From the sequence record LC739530.1: a DNA stretch of 64,000 bases. The stretch is one strand, 5' to 3'. Below are positions 17,425 to 27,248 of the stretch, piece after piece. The translations under genes and the position numbers were made by a program. Under the pieces are notes generated by a model. It saw only the letters and a program-made list of their open reading frames with translations, did no database searches and was not told the DNA's origin. The stretch comes from Escherichia phage phiWec172. Position 1 is the first letter of the stretch, and each line of letters starts with the position of its first letter.

Positions 17425-17791
17425 TCACCACGTCAACATATTTCATCACATCTAGGTGGATTTTTTCGTGTAACTGAAAACCTGTCCAAAGCCATATAGA
17501 TTTTTCTGGGTAAACAGTTTTAATACGTTTGCATATGTTGGTGACCTCTTGAATGTTTCTGTCATCCAGAGGCTCTCCACCAAGTATTGACAACCCACTA
17601 ATGGCCTTATCATCCATTAACTTAATGATGCCGTAGAGGTTTGCATAAGTAAACTCTTTACCAGCATTAAACTTCCAAGACTCCCTGTTAAAGCAGCCTT
17701 CACAGTGATGTTTACAGCCAGCTACGAAGAGGCTTACCCGAACCCCTTCACCATTAGCTGTGTCAAATGGTCGAATCTCCATGTAATTCAT
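17306..17791 (-). CDS. nrdG: Anaerobic ribonucleotide reductase activating protein (radical SAM)
   Basis: CKHHCEGC (CxxxCxxC radical SAM) and RGSDNQ motif as in E. coli NrdG. Confidence 0.7.
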   Translation of the reverse strand: MNYMEIRPFDTANGEGVRVSLFVAGCKHHCEGCFNRESWKFNAGKEFTYANLYGIIKLMDDKAISGLSILGGEPLDDRNIQEVTNICKRIKTVYPEKSIWLWTGFQLHEKIHLDVMKYVDVVIDGKYDSSKPTVKPYRGSDNQNLWRKEYGWQGDCQWRAE

Positions 17792-17826
17792 CTAGTTACC
17801 TCACCAAGACTATTTAATTGTTTTAC

Positions 17827-18222
17827 TCATTCAAACACTACCTGACAAGGAACCTGTTTAGTAATAAATTCTTCACAGTGTTCTTTAATGAAGTTTTGTA
17901 ATGGTACACAATCTTGTGCGCAAGTCATTAGCATAATGTACTCTGGGTTCATGATGTTTTCAAGGGTGTAGAAGACAACAGCGTTAGATAGTTCATGCCC
18001 ATCTTCTTCAGACCAAGTTCCAGTGACTACAGCTAATTTGTCAAGCAATTCATTAGGCAATGCTACACCATCTTCTACAGAATCACTTAGAACATTGTCA
18101 CCGATATACAATGTGAAGGTCGTATGGAATGTTGAGTATCTTACGTGGTTCTTTTCACAAGAGCCACACTCTGAGGCGTAATCTTTAATCCACTCTAACT
18201 GTTTTTGGTTCAACTTAATCAT
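17827..18222 (-). CDS. hypothetical protein
   Basis: 131-aa ORF. Confidence 0.4.
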   Translation of the reverse strand: MIKLNQKQLEWIKDYASECGSCEKNHVRYSTFHTTFTLYIGDNVLSDSVEDGVALPNELLDKLAVVTGTWSEEDGHELSNAVVFYTLENIMNPEYIMLMTCAQDCVPLQNFIKEHCEEFITKQVPCQVVFE

Positions 18223-18419
18223 AATTTCACCTTAGTTGGTAATGCACTGAATGCTATAGCTAATCCTAAAAATGGTTTGAAGCATGACCATAAATCCATC
18301 TGACCATGATATGAGAAACTCCATTGTGGGTCTGAAAAACCCCATACCATAACGCTAACACCAAAGAAGAAGATTAGAATGTGGAGTATGTATATCAACG
18401 CTTTTGATATCTTAAACAT
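18219..18419 (-). CDS. hypothetical small membrane protein
   Basis: 66 aa, hydrophobic (ILHILIFFFGVSVMVWGF). Confidence 0.3.
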   Translation of the reverse strand: MFKISKALIYILHILIFFFGVSVMVWGFSDPQWSFSYHGQMDLWSCFKPFLGLAIAFSALPTKVKL

Positions 18420-18572
18420 TTTAACTTATCTCTCAATTCACAATAAGAGAGTCCTAAAAAGAACCCCAGTAAGACAGAACCTATGAACAACCCAATAATA
18501 CTATCTGTCATATCTAACATCCAATAAAAAGGTGATGTAAGCCTATCAAGACCCACATCACCTTGTCAAGTT

Positions 18573-19520
18573 TTACATAGAGACTCTATCACGAATCTCA
18601 GCGATTTTTGCATCGTTCATTCGGGATTCACCTTTAATCTTAGTCCATCCAAGATACCCACACACCCTGTTAATCACAGAGATATCATGTGAATGGCAAA
18701 CCTCACATTCTTCAACATCAGCCTTTGGTCTGTTACCACAATGTTCACAGATTGCTAAGTCAAAGTTAAGCCCCTGATAAAAACCTTTCAACATCCCTCT
18801 GGTAATACAACTTTTAAGTGCTGTTAAGTTTTCTGGGTTAGCTACCCTGACATACTGGATTCTCCCACCTCTACAGATATGGAAGAATGGCTCTTCTAAG
18901 TCCTGCTTCTCAAATGGTGATATGTCTGCTGCAACATTCATATGGAAACTGTTTGTAAAGTATTCCTTATCAGAAACACCTTTGATAACGCCAAACATAT
19001 CTCTGAACTGTTTTAGCTGAGTTCCGCAAAGTGATTCTGCTGGAGTACCATAGACGGCATATAAGAAGCCGTCTTCATTTTTAAACTCTTCAGTTTTCAT
19101 GTTAATGTATGCCAGAACATCGTATGTAAAACTACAGCTTCCAACTTCATGAAGCCGTTTACCTTCAGCAAGAACAGATAGCTCATCAAGCGCAGTAACC
19201 CCAAAAGAAGCTGTGAAGGACTTCACAATATCCCAACCAACCCTGTCAGTAGGATTCTTAGTTCCTTTATACAGACCACCTTGTGTAAATGCAAGAGGGT
19301 TAGAACTTGCTGGCATATTAGCAATCATTTCGTAGCGTTTCTTGTGGAAGCTGCGAATTATTTCTAGGTACTTATCAAGCTCTTTCCAGAAATCTAAACC
19401 ATTCTCTTTAGAATACTGGTAAATCATCGGTAAGTTCAAAGATACAGCACCAATGTTTGCACGACCTACATAAAACTCTTCACCATATTCGTTATAGTAT
19501 GGTGATAAAAATGCTCTACA
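18573..19520 (-). CDS. nrdD: Anaerobic ribonucleoside-triphosphate reductase NrdD, exon 2 (glycyl-radical and zinc-ribbon region)
   Basis: Glycyl-radical motif RVCGYLG, Cys cluster CEHCG..CEVC; open frame extends upstream of track start to CRAFLSPYY... Confidence 0.65.
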   Translation of the reverse strand, partial: CRAFLSPYYNEYGEEFYVGRANIGAVSLNLPMIYQYSKENGLDFWKELDKYLEIIRSFHKKRYEMIANMPASSNPLAFTQGGLYKGTKNPTDRVGWDIVKSFTASFGVTALDELSVLAEGKRLHEVGSCSFTYDVLAYINMKTEEFKNEDGFLYAVYGTPAESLCGTQLKQFRDMFGVIKGVSDKEYFTNSFHMNVAADISPFEKQDLEEPFFHICRGGRIQYVRVANPENLTALKSCITRGMLKGFYQGLNFDLAICEHCGNRPKADVEECEVCHSHDISVINRVCGYLGWTKIKGESRMNDAKIAEIRDRVSM

Positions 19521-20262
19521 CTTGTTGTTCAGGTAAGTTCGCTAAGCTTACCCCGCTTTATTCAAGCTGCTTACTGTCGCCAGTAAGTCCAGACTATATC
19601 TTCTACTTATTTCTAAGTAGCGTACCATTTCGAGTCGCTTGACCCTACACCGCTACATTCATCACGGTTAGTCGTTCGGCATTTAGATGTATTCAAACTC
19701 ATACTCAAAGTTATTATGCTCTTTCACACCCTTCAATATTGAAGAGATGGTCTTGCGATTGTGTCCAAGTATATTGGATAACTCTCGTATTGACTTAGCA
19801 ACAATAACTTCCTTTGTCACTTTGTGTGTGGCTTTCACGGCATATGAACGCTTTTGGAACTTGTAGCATCCGTTCTCATAACCTTCTTTAGCATTCTCAG
19901 AATGAGTACCCCATTCTAAGTTAGATGCGTGGTTATTTAGTTTGTTATCGTCCTTATGTTTTACAATTGGAAGATTATTTGGGTTAGGTACATACTTCTC
20001 AGCAACTAACCTGTGGACATACATGTCACGATTCTTCTTACCGTAAAACCTCACTTTCATATACCCAGTGTTGGATTTCCACTGCGTAAGCTCTACACCA
20101 TTTTCCCTAAAGACTTTTCCATCTTCAGTGACGTGATAGTTTGGCATGTAAGACTCCTATGTTGTATAGTTTCTTACATCGTACATCATTTAGCACAGGA
20201 TTGTCTACATATGTAGAGTTTCCCTGTTTAGGCACGTTTTAGATGAGCTATAGAGCCTGTTA
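19521..20262 (-). mobile_element. Group I intron in nrdD carrying an HNH endonuclease ORF
   Basis: Exon 1 ends in U, in-frame TAA right after; P-like AACAGGGAAAC, Q-like AAUCCUGUGC, R-like UCAAGCGACUCG, S-like AGAUAUAGUCUGG; terminal G before exon 2. Confidence 0.6.
19683..20147 (-). CDS. HNH homing endonuclease (intron-encoded)
   Basis: HKDDNKLNNHASNLEWGTHSEN HNH motif; lies inside the nrdD intron. Confidence 0.65.
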   Translation of the reverse strand: MPNYHVTEDGKVFRENGVELTQWKSNTGYMKVRFYGKKNRDMYVHRLVAEKYVPNPNNLPIVKHKDDNKLNNHASNLEWGTHSENAKEGYENGCYKFQKRSYAVKATHKVTKEVIVAKSIRELSNILGHNRKTISSILKGVKEHNNFEYEFEYI

Positions 20263-21459
20263 ACCCATCGGCGAAATAACCTTGCCAGAACGCTCAAAAG
20301 CCTCTGCTACAGCCCCATGACCAGACACACTTAAGAAATCTGGATACATTGCTTTAGAGCAACACTCAATAGCTTTACTGTACAGGTGGCATTGACAGAT
20401 ATTCTCATTATGTCTCTTCTGGTCATAAATATAAACCAGTTTAGGGAATACAACAGGTTTCTTGCTCTTACCTTGTCCATTCATACGAACATCTAGGAGA
20501 GTACTTGCAATCATATATTGCAGTCGGTTATCTTCATTGGACATATCTGAATCAAGTAACCCGAATGTCAAAGTTGTAAATGCAAAATCCCCACGACTAC
20601 AAGGTACAGTGTTTAGTTTCATTTCAAGTGACTGGAAACCTTGAGTCAGTTCAATCTGTAGCTGCTCCATGACATAATTGTGGTAATGCTCTTTAGGAAT
20701 ACCATAAGATGCTGCTTTCTCAGCATGATAGCGTAGAGACTTCTTAGCATACGGTACAAGTACCTTATCAATCTCTGCTAAAGTAAAACCACCAAATTGC
20801 TGTGCAGTTGCTGAAAGAACTATGTCACCAATAACCTGTAAGGCCGACAGCACAGACTTTGGTTCACAGTATTCAATGCCAGACATTTCAAAGCCACCTT
20901 TCAGTACTTTACCGATGTCAAACAGACAACAGTTGATACCACCAAAAATTAGGTCTCTTAAGTCATGGATGTAGATAAACCCTTTTTCAATGGCTTCAAG
21001 TTCCTCTGGTGTTAAGTGGTACTGCTTAAAGATTTCTTTAGTCAGATAACCACGAATAATTGAACCTTTTGTAGAAATTAAACTGCTGTCAAAGTTAGCA
21101 TTCTCTCTGTCGCCTAAGAAGAGTGTATCTTTGGTCTTCTGGTAGAGTTCATCCCAATTTTGAGCAACTTCTTTACGGTAATTTCTATATGTTGAGTAAG
21201 ACTCATAAATCTCGTGATTGACTTCTGCCAAAGCACCCTCAACAATACTGTGAATATCATTTACAGAAATCAGCAAATTATTCTGCTTAGTGGACTTTAC
21301 CAGAATCCTCATAAATGCTGACTCAAGAGCTTGGGTAACATCTGGTGGGAGTTCTTTATATCCAACCCTGTTAGCTGACTTAGTTACTGCTGCTAAAACT
21401 TTTTTGATATCAGGTTCTTCAAGTGAGCCATTCTTTTTAATAATCTGTACTTTGTTCAT
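20263..21459 (-). CDS. nrdD: Anaerobic ribonucleoside-triphosphate reductase NrdD, exon 1 (ATP-cone and N-terminal core)
   Basis: ATP-cone-like N-terminus VQIIKKNGSLEEPDIKKV; ends ...GKVISPMG at 5-prime splice site. Confidence 0.65.
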
Positions 21460-21477
21460 TATTGCCCCTTTACATGC

Positions 21478-21500
21478 TAAAAAGGTCTCCGAAGAGACCC
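21478..21500 (-). terminator. Intrinsic terminator (GGUCUC-UUCG-GAGACC then U5) upstream of nrdD
   Basis: Perfect 6-bp stem, UUCG loop, T-run on minus strand. Confidence 0.5.
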
Positions 21501-21507
21501 TTTCATT

Positions 21508-21714
21508 TTAAATCTTTTTAGAAAACTTTGAAACGAGTTTTCTTAGTTTTTCAGTGATGCCTAGCTGTATCTCTAATATTTCAAAGATAACCCATAGTAA
21601 CATGGCTCCAAACAATGAACCTTGTTCAAAATCAGTAAATAGGTTAACAACAAGCATACCAATCACAATAGCTGGTGCATCAACAACCAAACCTTCCCAA
21701 AGGCGTTTAAGCAT
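21508..21714 (-). CDS. hypothetical small membrane protein
   Basis: 68 aa, hydrophobic. Confidence 0.35.
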   Translation of the reverse strand: MLKRLWEGLVVDAPAIVIGMLVVNLFTDFEQGSLFGAMLLWVIFEILEIQLGITEKLRKLVSKFSKKI

Positions 21715-21949
21715 TATTCACCTCTGTCATAAAATTCTGTAGCGTTCCAACAGGTTTTAGGTTTTGACCGTCAGTTTTCATGATGAATGGCATCTGACGA
21801 ACTGGCATCTGTGCAATATCCATCAGGTCTGGCAGTTCATAATCCTGCCCTAACATTCTCACAACATGGTCAATACCACGAGCTTTCGCAAAATTCTTTG
21901 CAGTCTCACACTGAGGGCATCCAGTTTTGGAGTAAATTACATAAGTCAT
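21707..21949 (-). CDS. nrdH: Glutaredoxin-like protein (NrdH-type redoxin)
   Basis: CPQC active site near N-terminus, 80 aa, adjacent to nrdB. Confidence 0.65.
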   Translation of the reverse strand: MTYVIYSKTGCPQCETAKNFAKARGIDHVVRMLGQDYELPDLMDIAQMPVRQMPFIMKTDGQNLKPVGTLQNFMTEVNNA

Positions 21950-23022
21950 TAAGGAACCTCTAAAAATCCACTATTCAAATCATCTACAACAGTATTCAAT
22001 AAATACGCACCGTTCTGTTGCTCCTGATTAGCATTCTGCTCTTTATCAATTTCCATCTTCTTAATCATATACTTCAAAGGTGGTTCTTTAGGAGCTACAA
22101 AATCTCTGGGAATGCCAAACATGTCATACAGTGGGGCAGCATTATAGTAAACCCACTCATGAAGAAGCTTTGTATTTAACCCAACTACAGCACGTCCTTC
22201 GGAGAAGATATAATACGACCATTTCTCTTCACTTTCAACCACTTCATCTAAGATTACTTTAATCTCTGGAAGAATTTGTTGAAAAGCTTTCTGCCACTCA
22301 TCATCTCTTAAAGTTTCTTTTAAAACTTCAATATCAATTTTAGTGTGAAGGATTTCGTCAAGCATAATTTTCTGGACAGCTTGAGCAATACCCTGAAATT
22401 TATCTTGAGCATCAAGTGCAAAAGTACATGCAAAGGATGCCATAAAAGATATACCTTCAAGTGCAGTCACTGCAAATAGACCTTTTAGAATCACTTTATG
22501 GAAGTGTAAAGGGTCTTTGTCCAGAAGTGAATCACGGACATAACTCAGTCGGTAATTTATCCCTTCATCCAGTAATTCTTCAAGAACACGATTCACAGTT
22601 TTTAATCGGTCTTGCACAGCAACATTCTGGTTAATCTCATCTAAGATTGTTTCAGGGTTTTTAATACATTGCCTTACAATCTCTGAGTAAGTAAGGGCAT
22701 GTAGGTTTTCAATCTCAGACTGCTTCATAATTGCAGTTGCATAGATGTCATCAGAGATAAAGGGTGCAAAGGCAAATGCCAAGCTCTTAGCAACTTGAGT
22801 ATCTGCTTCCCATTGCCACTTGAGAATCTCAAGCATTACACCTGACATAGATGCTGGAACACTCTCAAAATCAAGACGTGATTGTTCAAAAGGGAACTCA
22901 TCTTCTGACCAATCTTGTGCTTTTTGTTGCTTATATAGTTCAAAGATTTTTGGGTAGTGTTTATTAAGTGAGTCAAAAGTTTTTCTCTCACCACCTAAAA
23001 AGATTGGGTGCTGGTTAATCAT
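21949..23022 (-). CDS. nrdB: Ribonucleotide reductase class I small subunit
   Basis: Start adjusted to internal ATG (MINQHPIF...) giving ATGA overlap with upstream gene; track ORF extends to 23082 from a TTG. Confidence 0.7.
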   Translation of the reverse strand: MINQHPIFLGGERKTFDSLNKHYPKIFELYKQQKAQDWSEDEFPFEQSRLDFESVPASMSGVMLEILKWQWEADTQVAKSLAFAFAPFISDDIYATAIMKQSEIENLHALTYSEIVRQCIKNPETILDEINQNVAVQDRLKTVNRVLEELLDEGINYRLSYVRDSLLDKDPLHFHKVILKGLFAVTALEGISFMASFACTFALDAQDKFQGIAQAVQKIMLDEILHTKIDIEVLKETLRDDEWQKAFQQILPEIKVILDEVVESEEKWSYYIFSEGRAVVGLNTKLLHEWVYYNAAPLYDMFGIPRDFVAPKEPPLKYMIKKMEIDKEQNANQEQQNGAYLLNTVVDDLNSGFLEVP

Positions 23023-23360
23023 AATGTGATTTCTCCTTTCTTTATCATTTCTAAGGCTTGTTTTCTGTCTAAAACTTCCCAATTTTCTTTGTTAAACATC
23101 TCATAAGGTCTTGCGTAGATTTTACAATCTGCTGTAGAGATGTAAGAGATACCAGCAACCCATGAGTCATCATTTTGTTTTATCATCATGTCTGTGCTAC
23201 TCACATAGTACATCGTTTTCCGAGGCTTGTGGAGCAAGTATATAGGTCGCTTATGTTTTTCTATTAAATCTTTCATGGTCTCTCCAAAGTTATTTTTAGA
23301 GGGTCTTTTACGACCCTCATAGTTGTTAAAACTAAACACCACAACCCTCGCAATAAGCAT
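23019..23360 (-). CDS. hypothetical protein between nrdA and nrdB
   Basis: 113-aa ORF. Confidence 0.4.
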   Translation of the reverse strand: MLIARVVVFSFNNYEGRKRPSKNNFGETMKDLIEKHKRPIYLLHKPRKTMYYVSSTDMMIKQNDDSWVAGISYISTADCKIYARPYEMFNKENWEVLDRKQALEMIKKGEITL

Positions 23361-25566
23361 CTTGCAGTGCGGATTTACCTACACCAATGCGGCTGTTAAG
23401 GTAGTACATGGTTTTCATACCTACCGAGTTGGCATAAATCATGTACTTCAAAGCTTGAGCCAATGATACCTTCTTAGCTTTTGCGTAGTCAACATAGAAA
23501 TCTGAAGAGATAGCTTGACCAGTGAACTTTTGAACAATTGCATAACAATCAATCAGGTCAAAGGTGTCAATACCCCAAGCAATCTCATAGACATACTTCA
23601 ACTCTTCATAATCTGGAACAATAAACAGTACGTTACCAGTTGCAGATTTTTTAGTTAAAATAAAGTCACGAATTGGGTACAAGCCATTTGTCGTATTAGT
23701 TGCTAGTGAAGAACTCTCATTAGGCATGTAAGCTTCTAATACAGAGTTTCGGATTCCACCATTTTCTTTGATACGTTGTGCTAAGTCATCCCAATCATAT
23801 CGTAGTTTTGCATCATGCTTTTCATCAATCTTCTTGTTAGCTGTCTTTGGAGGAACCCAGCCTTCAGGGTACTTAGTGAACTTCATGTACTCTGGAACAC
23901 CACGCTCTTTAGCAAGTCTCAGAGAGGCTTCATGCAGATAGTAAGAGTGCATCTCTGCAAGTTCATGAAGTTTCGTTTTACCTGCTCGTGAAGAGTAGTT
24001 CACGTAGTTCTTCGCAAGGTAATGAGCCACATTTGTAAGGCCAATCCCAACAGAACGACGCTTCTGAACATGGTTACGCATCGACGGATACGGATAATCC
24101 ATAAGGTCAATAACGGAGTCAACCATTGCAAGAGCATAATAAGCAACGTCAGCGTATTCATCTTCTGAAATTCTCCCTGCAACCAAACTAGCTAGGAAGC
24201 AAAGAGCCACCTCACCATCCTCTTTCACAGCATCATCTCTGTAAAGGTCTGTCTCTTTCTCAAAACCATACACTGGCAACACAACTTCCATACAAAGATT
24301 TGACATCTTCAATGGTTCTTTAAATGGTGTATGTGTGTTCGCATTGTTAGTGAAGAATGGATACACACGACCTGTAGCATAACGCTGTTGAATAAACAGC
24401 TTAGCAATTTCACGAGCCTTGACTCGTCTATGTTTAACACCTGAATGTACTGCATGACCAACTGCCATAGCAAACTCATCAGCAGATGCTGTGTAGAACA
24501 TGTCATAGAGTTTTGGTGCATCTTTGTAAGAGAATAGCAACCAATCTGTATCATACTGAACACACTGCCAGAAATAATCGTTTGTGCCGAATGAGTAGTC
24601 CATCTCGTTAATGCGTTTAGAAGGAACCGTTGTAGGGTGCTTCAAACGCAGTAAATCTTCAATCTGCGGGTCTAGAGCAGTGTAGAAGTTATTAGCTGAA
24701 CCACCACGACTCTTCTGTTTATTTGCCTCTACAGATGAACGTACAAGCTTGTAATAAGGTAGCTTACCCATGTGCTCAATAGTATTTTGACGGATACCAT
24801 CACCAATAGTGCGAGTCTCCATCAGCATACCAATACCAGCTTGCTTTGTAGTCATATCATAAGCAACCTTTGCAGCAATACCAAGTGATTCAGCAGTATC
24901 ATTTGCCTTAATCAAACAGCATGACGCATAACCTGATTTAGTAGCTCTTAAACCATTTAAATAAGGTGTAGGAGCGTTAATCTTCAGGTCAGATAGGTAA
25001 GTGTACAGCTTGATAACATCTTGCAGTCTACGGTGCTTTGGTTGCTTCTCAAAGGCTTTCATAGCCATACCCATAAACATAAATTGTGGTGACTCAAAAA
25101 GTCTTCCCGTTTTAATATCACGGATACCATACTTGTCTCTGAACTGTTTCAAGACTGCATAACCGTAAGAGATATCTTTTGAGTGCACGATGTAACCTTG
25201 CAGGTATTCAAGCTCTTCCTGTGAGTAATCCATCTTCTCCCAAAGTCCTGCTCTCTCCATATTTTTAACGAAGGTAATCAGCGTAGGAACCTTAGTAAAG
25301 CCTCCAAAGGCTTCTTTGTAGATAATCCCCAGAAGTAGCCGTCCAGCCATATCTGAGTACTCTTGAGTTTGTTTATCAACACAAACATCAATCATGGCTT
25401 GGTGCATCTCTTTTGTAGTGCAACCCTCATAGACACGTTTCATAGCTTCCATAGTGACTTCTGACCAGATAATTCCACGCTTATCTGCCCATGATGCCCA
25501 CTTATTCAGTCTTTCTGGGTCAAAGTTTACTACTGTACCATTTGATTTTTTAATTGTCTTAATCAT
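23332..25566 (-). CDS. nrdA: Ribonucleotide reductase class I large subunit
   Basis: 744 aa; N-terminal ATP-cone-like region, C-terminal CEGCGV cysteine pair. Confidence 0.8.
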   Translation of the reverse strand: MIKTIKKSNGTVVNFDPERLNKWASWADKRGIIWSEVTMEAMKRVYEGCTTKEMHQAMIDVCVDKQTQEYSDMAGRLLLGIIYKEAFGGFTKVPTLITFVKNMERAGLWEKMDYSQEELEYLQGYIVHSKDISYGYAVLKQFRDKYGIRDIKTGRLFESPQFMFMGMAMKAFEKQPKHRRLQDVIKLYTYLSDLKINAPTPYLNGLRATKSGYASCCLIKANDTAESLGIAAKVAYDMTTKQAGIGMLMETRTIGDGIRQNTIEHMGKLPYYKLVRSSVEANKQKSRGGSANNFYTALDPQIEDLLRLKHPTTVPSKRINEMDYSFGTNDYFWQCVQYDTDWLLFSYKDAPKLYDMFYTASADEFAMAVGHAVHSGVKHRRVKAREIAKLFIQQRYATGRVYPFFTNNANTHTPFKEPLKMSNLCMEVVLPVYGFEKETDLYRDDAVKEDGEVALCFLASLVAGRISEDEYADVAYYALAMVDSVIDLMDYPYPSMRNHVQKRRSVGIGLTNVAHYLAKNYVNYSSRAGKTKLHELAEMHSYYLHEASLRLAKERGVPEYMKFTKYPEGWVPPKTANKKIDEKHDAKLRYDWDDLAQRIKENGGIRNSVLEAYMPNESSSLATNTTNGLYPIRDFILTKKSATGNVLFIVPDYEELKYVYEIAWGIDTFDLIDCYAIVQKFTGQAISSDFYVDYAKAKKVSLAQALKYMIYANSVGMKTMYYLNSRIGVGKSALQDAYCEGCGV

Positions 25567-25583
25567 TTTTGAATCCTACAGAT

Positions 25584-25607
25584 GAAAAGAGCCTCCGAAG
25601 AGGCTCC
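25584..25607 (-). terminator. Intrinsic terminator (GAGCCUC-UUCG-GAGGCUC) upstream of nrdA
   Basis: 7-bp stem with UUCG loop; short T-run. Confidence 0.45.
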
Positions 25608-25612
25608 CTAGT

Positions 25613-25951
25613 TTAAATCTTGAAAATTTGCTCATTCTGCCACATATCGTAAAACTTATCACTTACTTTTGTGACTGAAGAAGTGTGCATACAATTCAGG
25701 GAGAACCATGATGATGTATTATCATCCATAAGTGTTTCAAGTTTTTGTGTAACATTCACATCCATGTCTGCAACAACGTAATTGCCTCGCATCTTGCAAA
25801 CAATTCTTCCAAACAAGATTGCACTTCTGCCTCTTTGGTCATCACAGTACATAACTGTGTCTCCGTGCTTAACATCTTGTCCGATACTGTCAACACCTAA
25901 TTTAGCACCTGAGATAATGTCATCATAAGATAGCTTTTTTGCTTTAGACAC
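25613..25951 (-). CDS. hypothetical protein
   Basis: 112-aa ORF. Confidence 0.4.
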   Translation of the reverse strand: MSKAKKLSYDDIISGAKLGVDSIGQDVKHGDTVMYCDDQRGRSAILFGRIVCKMRGNYVVADMDVNVTQKLETLMDDNTSSWFSLNCMHTSSVTKVSDKFYDMWQNEQIFKI

Positions 25952-26276
25952 GGTATTTCTCCAAGTTTCTTTTTAGATACAACCAACCATCGTCAGTTCT
26001 TTCTACACCCATAAAGAGGGGGGCCATCACAACTTTCCCAAAAGTATTTCTGTGTTGGCAGATTTCAAAGGAATACTCTTTCTCAATATCAATCCCGTAT
26101 TTGTACAGGACTGCTTTTAAAACTTGTTCATTGTCCAGAAGTGTATCTGGAGTCTCACCATACTTTTCAAGTAACGGGTCATTCATAAACACCGTCATAG
26201 AAATATTGTAGTTTGAGAAGTGGCTCTTCTGAGCCACACCCTCTTTATTAATGTTCTGTGAATCCATTATAACCAA
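25944..26276 (-). CDS. hypothetical protein
   Basis: 110-aa ORF. Confidence 0.4.
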   Translation of the reverse strand: MVIMDSQNINKEGVAQKSHFSNYNISMTVFMNDPLLEKYGETPDTLLDNEQVLKAVLYKYGIDIEKEYSFEICQHRNTFGKVVMAPLFMGVERTDDGWLYLKRNLEKYRV

Positions 26277-27003
26277 CCCCTTTTAACCAGCACTTCAGGT
26301 TATTAGCATCATAATTCAGTTTCGGGTATGAGGTTACATGGAACTGCTCACCATCATAGTAGACAATATCTGCAATCCATAGTCCATTCTCTTTACAGAA
26401 GTCTTTATCTGCTTTAGAGGTAATTGGATTAACTTCTACAAAACCATCTACACCCAAATCCTTTAAGCTACCTACAAGACCTTTGCAGATAACGCATGTC
26501 TCAGATACTACCACAAAAAGTTCTTGGCTTTCAAGTTCTACAATGTATTCACCAAGCTGTACTTTAGGGAGATTCGATTGCTTCATAATCTTCCCATCTG
26601 CTGCACGAACAATTGCATACCACTCTTTACCATCAACTACTGACATTCTGATAATACACTCTTGACCAGTACGCTTTTCAATGTCTGCAAGACGCTTTAA
26701 AGCTTCTTCATAGTCATCTGTGTACTTCAGGTCATTATTATGGCAAACAGCTTTCATAGCACCGTTATGGTCATGTTGTGACAGGTAAATCAAGCCGTCA
26801 AGAACATATTGTAAATCTGCCTGAGCATCCAGTGTCTCAATGGGGTCTTTCTCTTCAATTGCTTTTACAAGCTCTTTTGCTTCTTCAAGCATACACAGAG
26901 ATTGAGATTTTAAAGATTCCCAATACTCATCACTGTAAGGTTGCTTTTGAGTGTTTCCACAACGAAGGTTCCAGTTTTTTACTGATTCTCTTGAGTTAAA
27001 CAT
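26248..27003 (-). CDS. hypothetical protein
   Basis: 251-aa ORF. Confidence 0.45.
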   Translation of the reverse strand: MFNSRESVKNWNLRCGNTQKQPYSDEYWESLKSQSLCMLEEAKELVKAIEEKDPIETLDAQADLQYVLDGLIYLSQHDHNGAMKAVCHNNDLKYTDDYEEALKRLADIEKRTGQECIIRMSVVDGKEWYAIVRAADGKIMKQSNLPKVQLGEYIVELESQELFVVVSETCVICKGLVGSLKDLGVDGFVEVNPITSKADKDFCKENGLWIADIVYYDGEQFHVTSYPKLNYDANNLKCWLKGVGYNGFTEH

Positions 27004-27242
27004 TCGGACTCCTTAAAATATTTGTTAACCTTTAGCTCTCGTGTTTCAATATATTCTAGATGTTCACGTAGCTCTTGACGTTTAAGCATTAGGTGCTGCA
27101 TTTGAGATTCAACAGCTTCAACTTCTTTAATTATTGACTCTTTAGCATTTGCAAGAATGCGCTCAAGTTCTTCAATCTTGCTGTCAACTTTTGCTACATG
27201 ACTTACAGCTTTACTTTTGTTAAACATTTTATTCTCTCTCAA
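26979..27242 (-). CDS. hypothetical coiled-coil protein
   Basis: 87 aa, charged heptad-like sequence. Confidence 0.35.
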   Translation of the reverse strand: MRENKMFNKSKAVSHVAKVDSKIEELERILANAKESIIKEVEAVESQMQHLMLKRQELREHLEYIETRELKVNKYFKESECLTQENQ

Positions 27243-27248
27243 TAGTTA

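Noticed and set aside
20263-21459. nrdD split into two independent genes by a free-standing endonuclease, with no intron
   Set aside because: The insert begins exactly after a U at a conserved NrdD junction, has an immediate in-frame stop, ends in G, and carries P/Q/R/S-like elements; an intron is the better-supported reading, though only splicing assays can settle it.
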